A DNA stretch of 64,000 bases, from NCBI GenBank assembly GCA_963703315.1, contig OY969811.1, forward strand, positions 3,648,001 through 3,712,000, in the 5' to 3' direction. The position numbers were made by a program, and so were the translations under genes. This document shows positions 52,144-62,746 of the stretch, one piece after another. The notes below the pieces were generated by a model, which did no database searches, was not told the DNA's origin, and saw only the letters and a list, made by a program, of their open reading frames with translations. The first letter of the stretch is position 1. Every line of letters begins with the position of its first letter. This DNA is from an uncultured cyanobacterium. GTDB taxonomy: Bacteria > Cyanobacteriota > Cyanobacteriia > Pseudanabaenales > Pseudanabaenaceae.

Positions 52144-55100
52144 ATGATGACAGCGCAGTATCAGGAGGCTCTACACTCTTATGCAGAGGGTCGGTATGAA
52201 GAGGCAATGCGACAGTTTTCAGAATTGTTGTATGAAGATCCTCGCAATCCAAAGCTTCATATCTGGTTAGGTGCAACCTTTCGTAAGGCGGGGAAAATTG
52301 AGTATGCTAAGGTGCAGTATCAACAGGTATTAACGCTCACAGACGATCCAGATTTACTTGATCTTGCGAGTACCTCGCTTGCTCAAATTCAAAACAAATT
52401 AGCAGCTAATAGCTCTCAAAGATCTGCTCCACAAGATGATACTCAGTTAAGCACACCCCAAAAAGCTCCGACAGCCGCAGATCACAAAACTTCAGATCAA
52501 CGTCATGATCTCAAAAAGACTCAGAAGCAAGGATCTATCCCAAATCCCAATAAGCCATTAGCGAATACTTCAAATCATACGGTCAACACCAATGAAGAAA
52601 CCGTTAACTTGAACTTATTAGCTCCTTCTTCTCAGCCGAAAGCTCCTATTCCTAAGAAGGCTAGTGCTGCTAATGGCACGGTTCCGCCACCACCTGCGAT
52701 CGCGGCTCTATTTAAGAATCAACAACCTCAAAACGATCAAGATCATCAGGATAAATCTGGAGTATCACAAAAGGATGAGCCACTAATTGAGGTGATGATA
52801 GCTGATCAGGATATGGAAGAAATAACTGAAAGAGCCACGACTTCTGTCCTCAATGATACGATCGCCAATATTCAAGAAGAGAAGAAAAAAGAGAGCCAGA
52901 AAACGAAAGATCTCAGACCTACGAAAAAGAATAAAAAGAGCAAGCCCCAAGTTGATTCTCCTGCGGTAGAATCAGTATTTTTGGAGATAGACAATCCAAA
53001 TAATGATTACAAAAATCATCGCAAATCTTCTGCCAGCAAGGGTTATACGGCAGTCTCTTTGGAAGATATATTTAAGTTCTCTAGTGTGGGTCAAAAAATC
53101 ACCCTATGGGGAGCTTTAGTTGCGACTATTCCTGCGATCGCTCTCGGATTAGCGACATATCATATCGGTGATAAATTACTACTCAATAAAGTCAGACAAA
53201 CACAGCAATCTGAGGCAACTGCTTTAGCAAGAGTAACGGAAACCTTCATCAAGCAGCAAACTTCAGATGTGGAAGTCTTACAAAAATTGCTAGCTTCAAC
53301 GGAGATGGGAGAAAATACATTACAAAAGCCTGTAAATCCCAATCTCATTAATCAATCTAAACCTCTATCATCCCTACCAACTGCTCAGCAACGTCAATAT
53401 AAGCAACTATTGACAAATCGTTTAAATCTGTACAGCCAAGCTTATCCTGAATACAATAGTATTGCTTTGTTTGACATCAATGGAGAGTTAATTGCTCAGT
53501 CCAGTAAATCTAATACTTTGCAAACGATCGCTCCGAACAAGTTAAGCAAAGCGATCACTACTGATAAGGTATTGCTGAGTAATCCCATATTTGGCAAAGG
53601 TGGAGCGCATTTCTATGCCATCAGAGCGCTTAAAAGCTCGGTTTCTCAAAAAGTAAGTCTGGTTTTACAGGTGGAGATGCCTGTGAAACCATTGATGAAT
53701 GGATTAAATAATATCGTCAGTAATTCTGATAATAGTGGAAATAAAAGTTTTTATCTAGTTGATAGCTTCAATAAATACATTGCTAGTTCCCAATCTGTCC
53801 CAATTGGAGACGATGCGTTAATAGATTTTGCCATGTTGCCTGATTTACGATCTTCACAGTCATCAGAACTCCGAGATTTAGTTAAAGGCGATCGCAACGT
53901 GCAGGTTTTAGCCTACGCACCTGTCCTCAATATGCAGCAGTATGACATATTACCTTGGGATGTACTAACGACTATAGACAAAGCTACAGCGATCGCGGGC
54001 AATCAAAATCTATTGCTAGTAGTTGGCATAGGCATTGCCGCTACACCGTTACTAGTAGCTGCGATCGCTTATATGTTGTCTCGAAAGTTAAGCACTAGAC
54101 TGAAGGATATTCGGGCAGCCTTATCGGATCTAAGACATGGGAACTTAGATGTTAGTTTTGCGGCTCTGAGTGTAGAAGGAAATGATGAACTATCAGATAT
54201 TTCCCTCAGTATTAATAGAATGTCTGAACAGTTCCGCACCATGATGCAAAAGCAGGAGCAGGAAAAGCAACGCTTGCAGTTGCAGGTAACCAAGTTATAT
54301 AAAGTGTTATCGAAGTTGGCAAGGGAAGAAAAACAGGAAATTCAAGATTCAGACCTATCTGATGAGAACATCCTACTACTAGGTAAAAAAGTTCGTTCTG
54401 AAATGGTACAACGCCATGCCGAAGTGGAGAGTTATCGTCATCAGAAAGAAGATCTCCAAGCGCAGTTGATGCAAATGCTGAAAGATGTCCAAACCTTGTC
54501 TGACGGTGATTTAACAGTTTCAACGCGGTCTATTGATGGCAGCCTCACTAATGTGGCGATATTTTTTGATGATGTGATGCGTGGCTTACAAAATATTGTC
54601 ACTCAAGTCAAGTCTTCAGCGAACCAAGTTAATTTTTCTTTGGGGCAGAATGAACAAGCGATCGCCAATTTAGCTAGTGTGTCACAAAGACAGGTCGATA
54701 CAGTCAGTCGATCGCTAACCACTGCCGAAATGTCCAAGCTCGCAGCCAGTAACATTATCAACCATAGTGAGCAAGTAGTTCAGTCATCGCAGCTAGTCAC
54801 CGAAAAGCTATCAGATAGCGATCGCTCGATTGATGCCGTCATGCAAAAAGTCGGTGAGTTACAGCAAACAGTGGCGACAACTGCTAAAAAAATCAAGCAT
54901 TTAGGCACGATATCCCAAAAAGTCGCTAAAGCAATTTCTGCCATCAACGAAATTGCGATTAAGACCAATTTCCTCGCGATTAATGCCACCCTTGAAGCTT
55001 CACGAACAGGAGAGGTGAATAGTGGATTTATGTTAGTTGCGGAAGAGGTCGGAGAATTAGCAGCTCGTTCTGTGGCTGCGACTAAAGAAGTTGAAAGCTT

Positions 55101-55440
55101 ACTGAGCAATATCCAAAGTGAGACTACAGCCGTAATGGCAGTGGTGGAGTCAGGTAGCAATCAAGTATCGGAAAGCAATACCTTAGCGATCGCAGCTAAG
55201 GATAGTCTGCAACAAATTGCTCAAATCTCCCAACAAATTGATGGATTGATGTTGTCGATTACGGAAGCAACAACTTCACAAGCCCAAACATCTGAGGGGG
55301 TTGCTAACCTGATGAATGATATTTCTCACATGGCAAAAAGAACACTTGCCTCTTCTTCAGAAGTATCGAAGTTCTTTAAAACAACTCGTCGATATTCTGG
55401 AGAATTGCAGCAATCCTTAACTAATTTTAAAACTCGGTAG
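52144..55440 (+). CDS. Methyl-accepting chemotaxis protein (TPR, Cache-like, HAMP, MA domain)
   Basis: N-terminal TPR, two TM helices, HAMP, tip KTNFLAINATLEASRTGE..GF..VAEEV. Confidence 0.9.
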   Translation: MMTAQYQEALHSYAEGRYEEAMRQFSELLYEDPRNPKLHIWLGATFRKAGKIEYAKVQYQQVLTLTDDPDLLDLASTSLAQIQNKLAANSSQRSAPQDDTQLSTPQKAPTAADHKTSDQRHDLKKTQKQGSIPNPNKPLANTSNHTVNTNEETVNLNLLAPSSQPKAPIPKKASAANGTVPPPPAIAALFKNQQPQNDQDHQDKSGVSQKDEPLIEVMIADQDMEEITERATTSVLNDTIANIQEEKKKESQKTKDLRPTKKNKKSKPQVDSPAVESVFLEIDNPNNDYKNHRKSSASKGYTAVSLEDIFKFSSVGQKITLWGALVATIPAIALGLATYHIGDKLLLNKVRQTQQSEATALARVTETFIKQQTSDVEVLQKLLASTEMGENTLQKPVNPNLINQSKPLSSLPTAQQRQYKQLLTNRLNLYSQAYPEYNSIALFDINGELIAQSSKSNTLQTIAPNKLSKAITTDKVLLSNPIFGKGGAHFYAIRALKSSVSQKVSLVLQVEMPVKPLMNGLNNIVSNSDNSGNKSFYLVDSFNKYIASSQSVPIGDDALIDFAMLPDLRSSQSSELRDLVKGDRNVQVLAYAPVLNMQQYDILPWDVLTTIDKATAIAGNQNLLLVVGIGIAATPLLVAAIAYMLSRKLSTRLKDIRAALSDLRHGNLDVSFAALSVEGNDELSDISLSINRMSEQFRTMMQKQEQEKQRLQLQVTKLYKVLSKLAREEKQEIQDSDLSDENILLLGKKVRSEMVQRHAEVESYRHQKEDLQAQLMQMLKDVQTLSDGDLTVSTRSIDGSLTNVAIFFDDVMRGLQNIVTQVKSSANQVNFSLGQNEQAIANLASVSQRQVDTVSRSLTTAEMSKLAASNIINHSEQVVQSSQLVTEKLSDSDRSIDAVMQKVGELQQTVATTAKKIKHLGTISQKVAKAISAINEIAIKTNFLAINATLEASRTGEVNSGFMLVAEEVGELAARSVAATKEVESLLSNIQSETTAVMAVVESGSNQVSESNTLAIAAKDSLQQIAQISQQIDGLMLSITEATTSQAQTSEGVANLMNDISHMAKRTLASSSEVSKFFKTTRRYSGELQQSLTNFKTR

Positions 55441-55475
55441 CGCCAGATAGCCAGCAGTCCACTAGACAAAATGTA

Positions 55476-58400
55476 ATGAATTCTCCAATGATCGAACCAA
55501 TGATCGAAATAGTGCCACCAACTAAAAAGATATTTTCTGAGGAAACTCAAGCTTATACGCATGAGTTCAAAAATAAAATTTTAGATTTAGATGCCGATCT
55601 CCCAAACTTCGGTGAACAACTAGATGGTCTAATTTCGACGAATAAGTTATTGCAAGAAATGGCGATCAAGGCTAATTTTGATGTGCCTAACTCTCCTTTT
55701 GGAGAAATAATTCACCGTTTTGAGGACTCAATTCAGCTACTACGCGATCGCCATTCTAAGGTTGACTGGATTATTAAAGGGTTATTTATTGAAGTGGTTA
55801 ATATGATCAATCACTTCAATAATGAATATTATCTAGAGACAACATCAGATGAAGATGTGATGGCATCAGTAAATCATTTGTTTACCCAAATCAATGATCA
55901 TCTGCTCCAATCCGAAGAATTTACACTTCTCAAAATCCCAGAGTCTAGCTACAAAGAGAGTGAGCCTTTTAATTTAGATGAGACAACAGAGGCTTTACAT
56001 CTATTTGATGTTGATGATGCTCCAGAAACGCCAACTGAGTTATATAGGAATACATCTGACGAAACAGAATCATTAGACGGTTTTTTGATGATTCAACTAG
56101 AGCAAGAAGATCAAATTGCAACACCCTCAGAAATCTTTAAAGATGTTACAGATAATGCTAGTGATGAGTTGACGACTTTATTTCCTAGTTTATTGATAGA
56201 GCCATTTACAGGGGATTTAGATGATTTCTTGGATAACGCACCTAGCAATAATGATCATGAAGAAAAGTTGCCAATGCCAGAATTACTCGTAGATATCTTT
56301 TCAGAATCATCTACTGATCAAATTTTAGGCAGTGACGATGAAACTGAATTGCAAGGGGTAATTTGGCATGATCAAGAAGAGGAATTAGGCTTTGTCGAAG
56401 AAGATTTTAGCCCTGCGGAAACTGCATTCACAATATCTAAGTCTTTGGATAATGTGGATGATTCTACTGATTCTGGAAAGAATGATGATTCTATATTAGA
56501 GCAAAGTGCTTGGCAAGAAATTGATTCTGTAGATAATGATTCTGTATTAGAGCAAAGTGCTTGGCAAGCAGCAGAAACTAGTTTTAGCTTATCGAATCAT
56601 GATCTTATCTCTGACAACATAACTTCTGATGAATTTTTTACGTCACTAGAAGAAGAAAATATATTTGAAAATCCATTAATAGCTAATCAAAATTTACCAT
56701 CAGAAACCTCTTCTATGCTCAGCTATGCAAGTTTAGATAGTGATTTAACACTAGCAGAGATGCTTGATGATTTTTCTCACTCAGATATTGATACAGAGCT
56801 AGAGGAATCACCAATCTATCAAAATAAGACTAGTGTAATTCCAGAAGATGCTTCGCATAATCCATCGATAAGTTTAGAGAATCAAGAAATTGATGATTTA
56901 GAACTCTCAGGTTTATCTTTAGATCCAAACTACAATCTGAATCTAAATTTAGGTGTAAATAATGTTGCTAAGCAATCAAGTTCACAGCTAGCAACAACAA
57001 CGGAGAATGATGCTATTATTCGCATTCCTGTAAACCATTTAGAGATGTTGGGGGATTTGTCAGAAGAATTATTGGTGCGTAAGGGAAGTTTAGATATTTA
57101 TTTAGGCGAATTAAAGCTTTTGTCGGGAGAAGCTTCCAAACACTTGCAACTACTAGAGCCAAACTCAGTTATCCAAAATCAAAATGCGATCGCCAATCTC
57201 CAAAATACAATTGAGCAGATGAATAATGTCCTTGAGCGCACTGAGCAGCATACCTATGCGATGAGTCAGGATGTTCGTCATTTAAGAACAAATCTACGTC
57301 AAGTCCTTAAACATCCAATCTCTAGTCTAGTGAGAAAGTTTCCTAGAATCTTACGCGATCTGTCGCTAAACTATGGCAAGCAGGTTGAGTTAATTGTGCA
57401 AGGGGCTGAAATTGAAGTTGAAAGATTAATCTCTGAAATCATTGCTGAACCGCTTGAGCTATTGCTGCGAAATGCATTTGAATATGGGATTGAAAATCTC
57501 GATACGCGCCAACAGCAGGGAAAAGTCTCACAGGGCAAAATTGAGTTTATTGCAACTCAGACCGAAGAAAATATCGTTATTAAGGTAATCGATGACGGGT
57601 GCGGCATTGATATTGAGAAGATTCGCAATCAGGTTGAACAATCGGCAGCGATCGCGGGGATGTCGGGTTTTTCAACGATGGATATGAGTGATGAGCAGTT
57701 GATTGGCTTAATTTTTGAGCCAAGTTACAGTATGTCAACCTCATTCTCAAAATCCAGCAATAGACTAAGTGATGTCAAAAAGAAGTTACGAGAAATTGGC
57801 GGTACAATTTCAGTACAGTCGAAGAGAGGTGAAGGCACTGAATTTACAATGGTTTTGCCGAATATACTCTCCTTGATGCGGGTATTACTAATCGACATTG
57901 AGCAGATGTGTTTAGCAATTCCTAGTAAGGTCATTATGGAAGTACTTCCGATAGATTCAAAGAATTTCCATCAAAATCAAGAGACTTTGGTCTGGCGCGA
58001 TCGCCTAATCCCCATTGTTCGACTTAATTCTTTGCTCAAGCTCAATTGTCGTCATAGTGTCAACCCAGAACCCGCACAGTCTAATCCATCGGTACAGTCC
58101 GCTAGTCAGTCAAAGAGCGATAAACCAACTAACACCATTCCCGCATTCTTGGTAATCAGTTATGAGAGTGATCTCTTCGCTTTAGAAACAGATGGTTGTT
58201 GGAATGATCAAGAAGCAACATTTCATCAAATCGAAGGAGATATTAGTCTTCCTCAAATTTTTCTTGGTACGGTGATCTTAGGTAGCAATCAGGCAGTTGC
58301 GCTGCTCAATCCGATGGAAATAGTTAATCAATGCCTACGCTCGACCGTGAGTAATCCCCTATTATTTACTCAGAATGTTCATACTAGTTTCGATAATCTC

Positions 58401-58943
58401 AGTAGTTTATCTGACTTTTTTGAGGCAGAAGATATATCACCAGATCTATCGCGCCCTACCTCATTAGTACCACCAACTGAGCGATCACCTGAGTCGAAAA
58501 ATCTGCAAAATGCTGGACAATTTCCAAGTAATTTGGGTAATAAACAAGCAGGGCGATCGCATCAATCCAGAATTTTAATCGTTGAGTCTTCGGCAAATGT
58601 ACGGCGCTATCTTGCGATGGCGCTTACAAAATCAGGCTTTTTGACTGAGCAAGTTCAAGATAGTAAAGAGGCGCTCTCTTTTCTTAAAGAATGTTTAGCG
58701 ATCAACCTCAATGTTGATGTAGTCATCACTGATTTAGAGATGCCTCAAATGGATGGGTTTAAGCTCTTATCAAGTATTCGTGCGGAAGTCGATCTCCAAA
58801 ATTTACCGATTGTCGTACTTACTGCGAAGAATAATGAAAATGATCAGAAGCTAGCCTTAGAACTCGGTGCAAATGCTTATTTTAGTAAGCCTTATCGAGA
58901 ACAAGAGCTAGTCAGTAAATTGCACCAAATTATTTCGGGATAG
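55476..58943 (+). CDS. CheA-like hybrid protein (degenerate kinase core, CheW, receiver)
   Basis: IRIPV, GKQVEL, LLRNA, DDGCGID, GGTISVQS..GEGT.F, ITDLEMPQMDG. Confidence 0.88.
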   Translation: MNSPMIEPMIEIVPPTKKIFSEETQAYTHEFKNKILDLDADLPNFGEQLDGLISTNKLLQEMAIKANFDVPNSPFGEIIHRFEDSIQLLRDRHSKVDWIIKGLFIEVVNMINHFNNEYYLETTSDEDVMASVNHLFTQINDHLLQSEEFTLLKIPESSYKESEPFNLDETTEALHLFDVDDAPETPTELYRNTSDETESLDGFLMIQLEQEDQIATPSEIFKDVTDNASDELTTLFPSLLIEPFTGDLDDFLDNAPSNNDHEEKLPMPELLVDIFSESSTDQILGSDDETELQGVIWHDQEEELGFVEEDFSPAETAFTISKSLDNVDDSTDSGKNDDSILEQSAWQEIDSVDNDSVLEQSAWQAAETSFSLSNHDLISDNITSDEFFTSLEEENIFENPLIANQNLPSETSSMLSYASLDSDLTLAEMLDDFSHSDIDTELEESPIYQNKTSVIPEDASHNPSISLENQEIDDLELSGLSLDPNYNLNLNLGVNNVAKQSSSQLATTTENDAIIRIPVNHLEMLGDLSEELLVRKGSLDIYLGELKLLSGEASKHLQLLEPNSVIQNQNAIANLQNTIEQMNNVLERTEQHTYAMSQDVRHLRTNLRQVLKHPISSLVRKFPRILRDLSLNYGKQVELIVQGAEIEVERLISEIIAEPLELLLRNAFEYGIENLDTRQQQGKVSQGKIEFIATQTEENIVIKVIDDGCGIDIEKIRNQVEQSAAIAGMSGFSTMDMSDEQLIGLIFEPSYSMSTSFSKSSNRLSDVKKKLREIGGTISVQSKRGEGTEFTMVLPNILSLMRVLLIDIEQMCLAIPSKVIMEVLPIDSKNFHQNQETLVWRDRLIPIVRLNSLLKLNCRHSVNPEPAQSNPSVQSASQSKSDKPTNTIPAFLVISYESDLFALETDGCWNDQEATFHQIEGDISLPQIFLGTVILGSNQAVALLNPMEIVNQCLRSTVSNPLLFTQNVHTSFDNLSSLSDFFEAEDISPDLSRPTSLVPPTERSPESKNLQNAGQFPSNLGNKQAGRSHQSRILIVESSANVRRYLAMALTKSGFLTEQVQDSKEALSFLKECLAINLNVDVVITDLEMPQMDGFKLLSSIRAEVDLQNLPIVVLTAKNNENDQKLALELGANAYFSKPYREQELVSKLHQIISG

Positions 58944-58956
58944 ATCACACCAAAAC

Positions 58957-59046
58957 TATAGCTGTAGTCAGTTACGTTAGGACAAAAACAAAACCCAAAA
59001 GCGAGGGGCGGCGCTTTGTGCCGCCCCTTGCTTCTTAGGTTGCTAG
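58957..59046. mobile_element. MITE-like element with TATAGC end and internal hairpin
   Basis: Shares TATAG..G.AG.CAGTTA.GT with 37001 and TTAGGACA.AAA with 26831; stem 58999-59033. Confidence 0.6.
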
Positions 59047-59104
59047 AGCGTAAAAAATAATTTTGTGTATTTGGTGATTTATGTAGTAACATAGTTATTC
59101 GCAA

Positions 59105-59178
59105 CGGGATGTAGCGCAGCTTGGTAGCGCGCCTGCTTTGGGAGCAGGATGCCGTAGGTTCGAATCCTATCATCCCGA
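59105..59178 (+). tRNA. tRNA-Pro(TGG)
   Basis: CGGGATG...CATCCCGA, anticodon loop TTTGGGA, T-loop TTCGAAT. Confidence 0.97.
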
Positions 59179-59218
59179 CTTAAAAAGAAAAAACTGAGAA
59201 GCGCTCTAGGGCGCTTTT

Positions 59219-59761
59219 TTATTTGGCAGCTAACACTTGTAAATCCTGCGATCGCGCAAATTGTTTGCGCCATGCTGTAATGCCACCTGTGAGCGTTACA
59301 GTTTGATAGCCGCGATCGCTCAGATACTTATTTGCTTTAATTGAGCGCATTCCCGAAGTACAGTACAAAACAACCGTTGGTTGGCTGTTTTGGATCTTTT
59401 GATAGCTCTGTACAATATTTTGCACTTGTACCATTCCGCCCCCAGACTCAATTTGTGGCAGTGGGACAAGCTGGCTATTACCAATATGATCATCTTGATA
59501 TTCTTCTAGCGATCGCACATCAATTAAAATCGCAGACTTTAACTTACCGTTAGATAACTCGGCAACTGAAATTTGTGGCGTACTCAAACTTTGTAAATAA
59601 ACGGGTAAACTCATTTGCTGTTGATAGGCAATGACACTCAAAGTCCCAGTACTAGCAACGATTACAGCACCAACCACGACTAAGGGAATTAAATATTTGC
59701 GTTTAGATATAAATTCTTTAAATTTATTTCCTGTTGGTGTTTTCTCAGTTAATGGATCCAT
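59219..59761 (-). CDS. Rhodanese-like protein with N-terminal TM helix
   Basis: LIDVR..EY...HI, YCTSGMRS, L.GGI.AW. Confidence 0.9.
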   Translation of the reverse strand: MDPLTEKTPTGNKFKEFISKRKYLIPLVVVGAVIVASTGTLSVIAYQQQMSLPVYLQSLSTPQISVAELSNGKLKSAILIDVRSLEEYQDDHIGNSQLVPLPQIESGGGMVQVQNIVQSYQKIQNSQPTVVLYCTSGMRSIKANKYLSDRGYQTVTLTGGITAWRKQFARSQDLQVLAAK

Positions 59762-60536
59762 TAGATACTCTTTTTTTCAGTAGATGATTAAATGGGTAAA
59801 TTAAATGGCTAAAATAATTAGTCTGAATATTTAAATCCGTTCCATATTGATTTGGCATCTCTTGATTTGGCATATAGAAAGTACCGAATATATAATCAAG
59901 AATCGGTAACTGCACTGCTAAATTTTGAGCATATAGTTGAGGATGGCGATCATGATGCCAATGATGAAACTCTGGTGTCGCAATTATCCACTTTAAAATT
60001 GGAAACTTAATGCGAATATTGGCATGAATAAAAAAAGCGATCGCGCTAGAGAATATGGCATAAATTGCGAGAGTCTCAGTGGAAAACCCTAGCCAATAAA
60101 GAGGAATCATTTGACAAGCCTTTGTCACAATCTGCTCAAAAGGATGTACACGTACCGTTGCTAACCAATCAATATGAGTCGAACTATGGTGAATTGCATG
60201 AAACTGCCATAACCAAGGCACAGTATGGAATAAACGATGTAAAATATAAAAACTAAGGTCGCCAATCAATATTGCTGTAGGGACTTGGAATATAAGTGGT
60301 TGTTGACCTACAAAGCTAGATAATATCGGCATTGATCCTTGACTAAGCAAGGCAAAAACAACTAGTAGTTTTGTAGTGCCATGACCAATGAAGTAACCTG
60401 AAAAGTAATAAATAATATCTGTCAACCAACCGTCACGAAATATTTTTTGTTGATGAACTGCTAATAATTTTTCAAACGGTAAAAATATAAAGATTAAGAT
60501 CAATATTCCTTTAAGTACATCAGGCATTTCTAGCAT
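59745..60536 (-). CDS. Sterol desaturase / fatty-acid hydroxylase family protein
   Basis: His boxes HRLFH, HAIHHS, HAN, HHWHH; LDYIFGT. Confidence 0.9.
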   Translation of the reverse strand: MLEMPDVLKGILILIFIFLPFEKLLAVHQQKIFRDGWLTDIIYYFSGYFIGHGTTKLLVVFALLSQGSMPILSSFVGQQPLIFQVPTAILIGDLSFYILHRLFHTVPWLWQFHAIHHSSTHIDWLATVRVHPFEQIVTKACQMIPLYWLGFSTETLAIYAIFSSAIAFFIHANIRIKFPILKWIIATPEFHHWHHDRHPQLYAQNLAVQLPILDYIFGTFYMPNQEMPNQYGTDLNIQTNYFSHLIYPFNHLLKKRVSNGSIN

Positions 60537-60563
60537 TAGTCACATCACTAAATTTGTTGGCAG

Positions 60564-61493
60564 CTAATTGTTGACAGTTAACTTGGCGATCGATTGGGCA
60601 ATTTCAGGGATTCGAGCGATCGCTCTTTGCTGATCTCTAGAAAAATCTTTAGGAAACTTGCAATTTTCAAAAGTTGCTCCATTCCAGTCAATCCCCTTTA
60701 GATTGGCATTCCTAAAATCACAATTCTCCAAAACTGCATTTACAAACCGAGCATTCTCTAAATCTGCTCCGTAAAAAGAAGTCATCGCTGACATTTTGAC
60801 CTTTGCAAAATGGAGATTAAATGCCTTTGTTGCCAAAATAGCAGGAACAATCGTTAATATTGCAAACAAAATTGCATAGTAATGCTCATGCAGCTTAATC
60901 CAACTATAGCCAGCCGAGACTGCTGAAGATACTGCAACCGCCATCCAGACCATACCTACGGCGATCGAGCCTTTTCTATAACCGAGGTACATTCCAAAGA
61001 TAGATGTCGCAAATGCCATCACCATTAAGCCGACGGAGACAACAATCACAGCAGGATGACCAATCAAAGGTGTCAAAAGCAATAGGCTAATGAGTCCTAT
61101 GTACACATAAAACAACCGCCTCTTAGACATGGTTGCCGCCGTTGCAAAGGCAAACATCCAAACAAAAGGATTTGTCAACCATCCATAGGGATTTGACACT
61201 TCACCACCACAGCCTATAAACACTAATCGACCTGAGAACCAAGCAGCTAGTCCTAGAGGAACTCCCAAGATAATATGCAGAACCATTTGTCTAATCTGCG
61301 CTTGAAATGCTTCCGCATCTCTCCCAATCGACGTTTCTGAGAAATCAGCGCCCGTCAGATTTGTACCTCGAAAATCACAACTCCTTAATCTTGAACCTGT
61401 AAAGTCAGTATTATTGGCATTACCTGATCGAAATTCATTTTGAAATGATTGGTTTTTAAAATCGTGATAGCGATAACTTATATGATCATTCAT
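60564..61493 (-). CDS. Pentapeptide-repeat membrane protein
   Basis: Pentapeptide repeats at both ends flanking TM helices. Confidence 0.85.
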   Translation of the reverse strand: MNDHISYRYHDFKNQSFQNEFRSGNANNTDFTGSRLRSCDFRGTNLTGADFSETSIGRDAEAFQAQIRQMVLHIILGVPLGLAAWFSGRLVFIGCGGEVSNPYGWLTNPFVWMFAFATAATMSKRRLFYVYIGLISLLLLTPLIGHPAVIVVSVGLMVMAFATSIFGMYLGYRKGSIAVGMVWMAVAVSSAVSAGYSWIKLHEHYYAILFAILTIVPAILATKAFNLHFAKVKMSAMTSFYGADLENARFVNAVLENCDFRNANLKGIDWNGATFENCKFPKDFSRDQQRAIARIPEIAQSIAKLTVNN

Positions 61494-61533
61494 TGCCTAA
61501 CCTCCAATTAATTTCACACTAATTAATTTCGCA

Positions 61534-62241
61534 TTAATCTCGCAAGAGAGTTCCTTCAGCACAAGTTGGCTTACCATTTTGGAGAAAAGGTTTAGGCAAT
61601 CTTGTTGTTACTCCCATATCAGGTGACTCACAGAGAATTGTAAAAGTTGCCAGTTGTTGTTTGACCGCTTGGGTTTTAGCTTTATCTGCTGTTTGCAAAT
61701 CTTGAGAGGATTCAGGCAAAACAAATACTGCACCAACAAAACCTTTTGCCTTGTCATTCTTGGGAATAGCGTATTGATAAGAGACAAAATTAAAACTTTG
61801 CAACTCATACTTATAGTTATTGGTCTCTTCACTTATGCCCAGACCTAAAACAGGAATTGATTTGCCAAACGCTCCATTTTCTAACCAAAAGGCTTGTTGA
61901 CCTCGATTCATAGTCCCAACATAGGTTTTGCCCTCAGAACTCCTCACTTTATTGCCGCAACTATTTGTCTGATTGAGAAAATTAGGTAAAACTAGACCCA
62001 TTACACCCAAACCTAAAAGACTGTAGACAACCCAACGCCAAAGAGAGCGCCTAGATTTTTGTGGTTGATCCGATCTTACTGACTCTTGCGGCTCCTGATG
62101 TAAATCAGCGATCGCCTCTTGTTCAGTTTCTAAGACTAGTAAATCACTGCTTAGTTTATCTATTTGCAGAGCTTCTCCTTGAGAATTATCGTCATTTTGC
62201 AGCAATAAATCAGATGCTTTGGGTGGGGCTTGCCGAGTCAT
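61534..62241 (-). CDS. Type IV pilin-like G/H family protein
   Basis: LPNFLNQ, SEGKTYVGTMNRGQQAF.LE, terminal Cys pair. Confidence 0.82.
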   Translation of the reverse strand: MTRQAPPKASDLLLQNDDNSQGEALQIDKLSSDLLVLETEQEAIADLHQEPQESVRSDQPQKSRRSLWRWVVYSLLGLGVMGLVLPNFLNQTNSCGNKVRSSEGKTYVGTMNRGQQAFWLENGAFGKSIPVLGLGISEETNNYKYELQSFNFVSYQYAIPKNDKAKGFVGAVFVLPESSQDLQTADKAKTQAVKQQLATFTILCESPDMGVTTRLPKPFLQNGKPTCAEGTLLRD

Positions 62242-62352
62242 TTGGATTACCTCTTGAATAAATTACAGATAATTTCATTGTTTTTTAGGTTGCCTAGCCT
62301 TCTACAATCTGCAATCTCTGTTATAGGCTTTGATTAATATTGCCCTTAATCC

Positions 62353-62390
62353 AGAGGATAAGAAGCGATCGCGATCGCTTCTTATCCTCT
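62353..62390. repeat. 38-bp perfect loop-less palindrome centred on overlapping HIP1 sites
   Basis: AGAGGATAAGAAGCGATCG|CGATCGCTTCTTATCCTCT. Confidence 0.85.
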
Positions 62391-62746
62391 AGAGTCTTCT
62401 ATCTTGCGTGCTAAACAAATAAGTACAAATACTTAGGAAACAAAAATCAGATTGGAAACCATCCTTGCCTCTTAGGTCATTTTAAAAACGACTTGATCTA
62501 GTACTGCTATATTGTTAACTAATGTATTAAATTATTGCTATTTACTCCTTTAGGAGTAGCTCAACATATCCTTAACACTTTTTTAAGATTTCTCGTCGAA
62601 TGCATATAATTTATAAATATAGTTAGACTCCTTATTCTGAGAGGGTTTGAGTATTATAAATATTTTGTCAGAAGGCAAACGTAAAGATGTGTTAAGCTAA
62701 TTTGAAATCCATATAAATACTCTTAGTTAAAGCAGGATTTAAGAAT

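Noticed and set aside
59105..62241. Integrative element at tRNA-Pro
   Set aside because: No integrase or duplicated tRNA 3' end seen; downstream genes carry normal HIP1 sites
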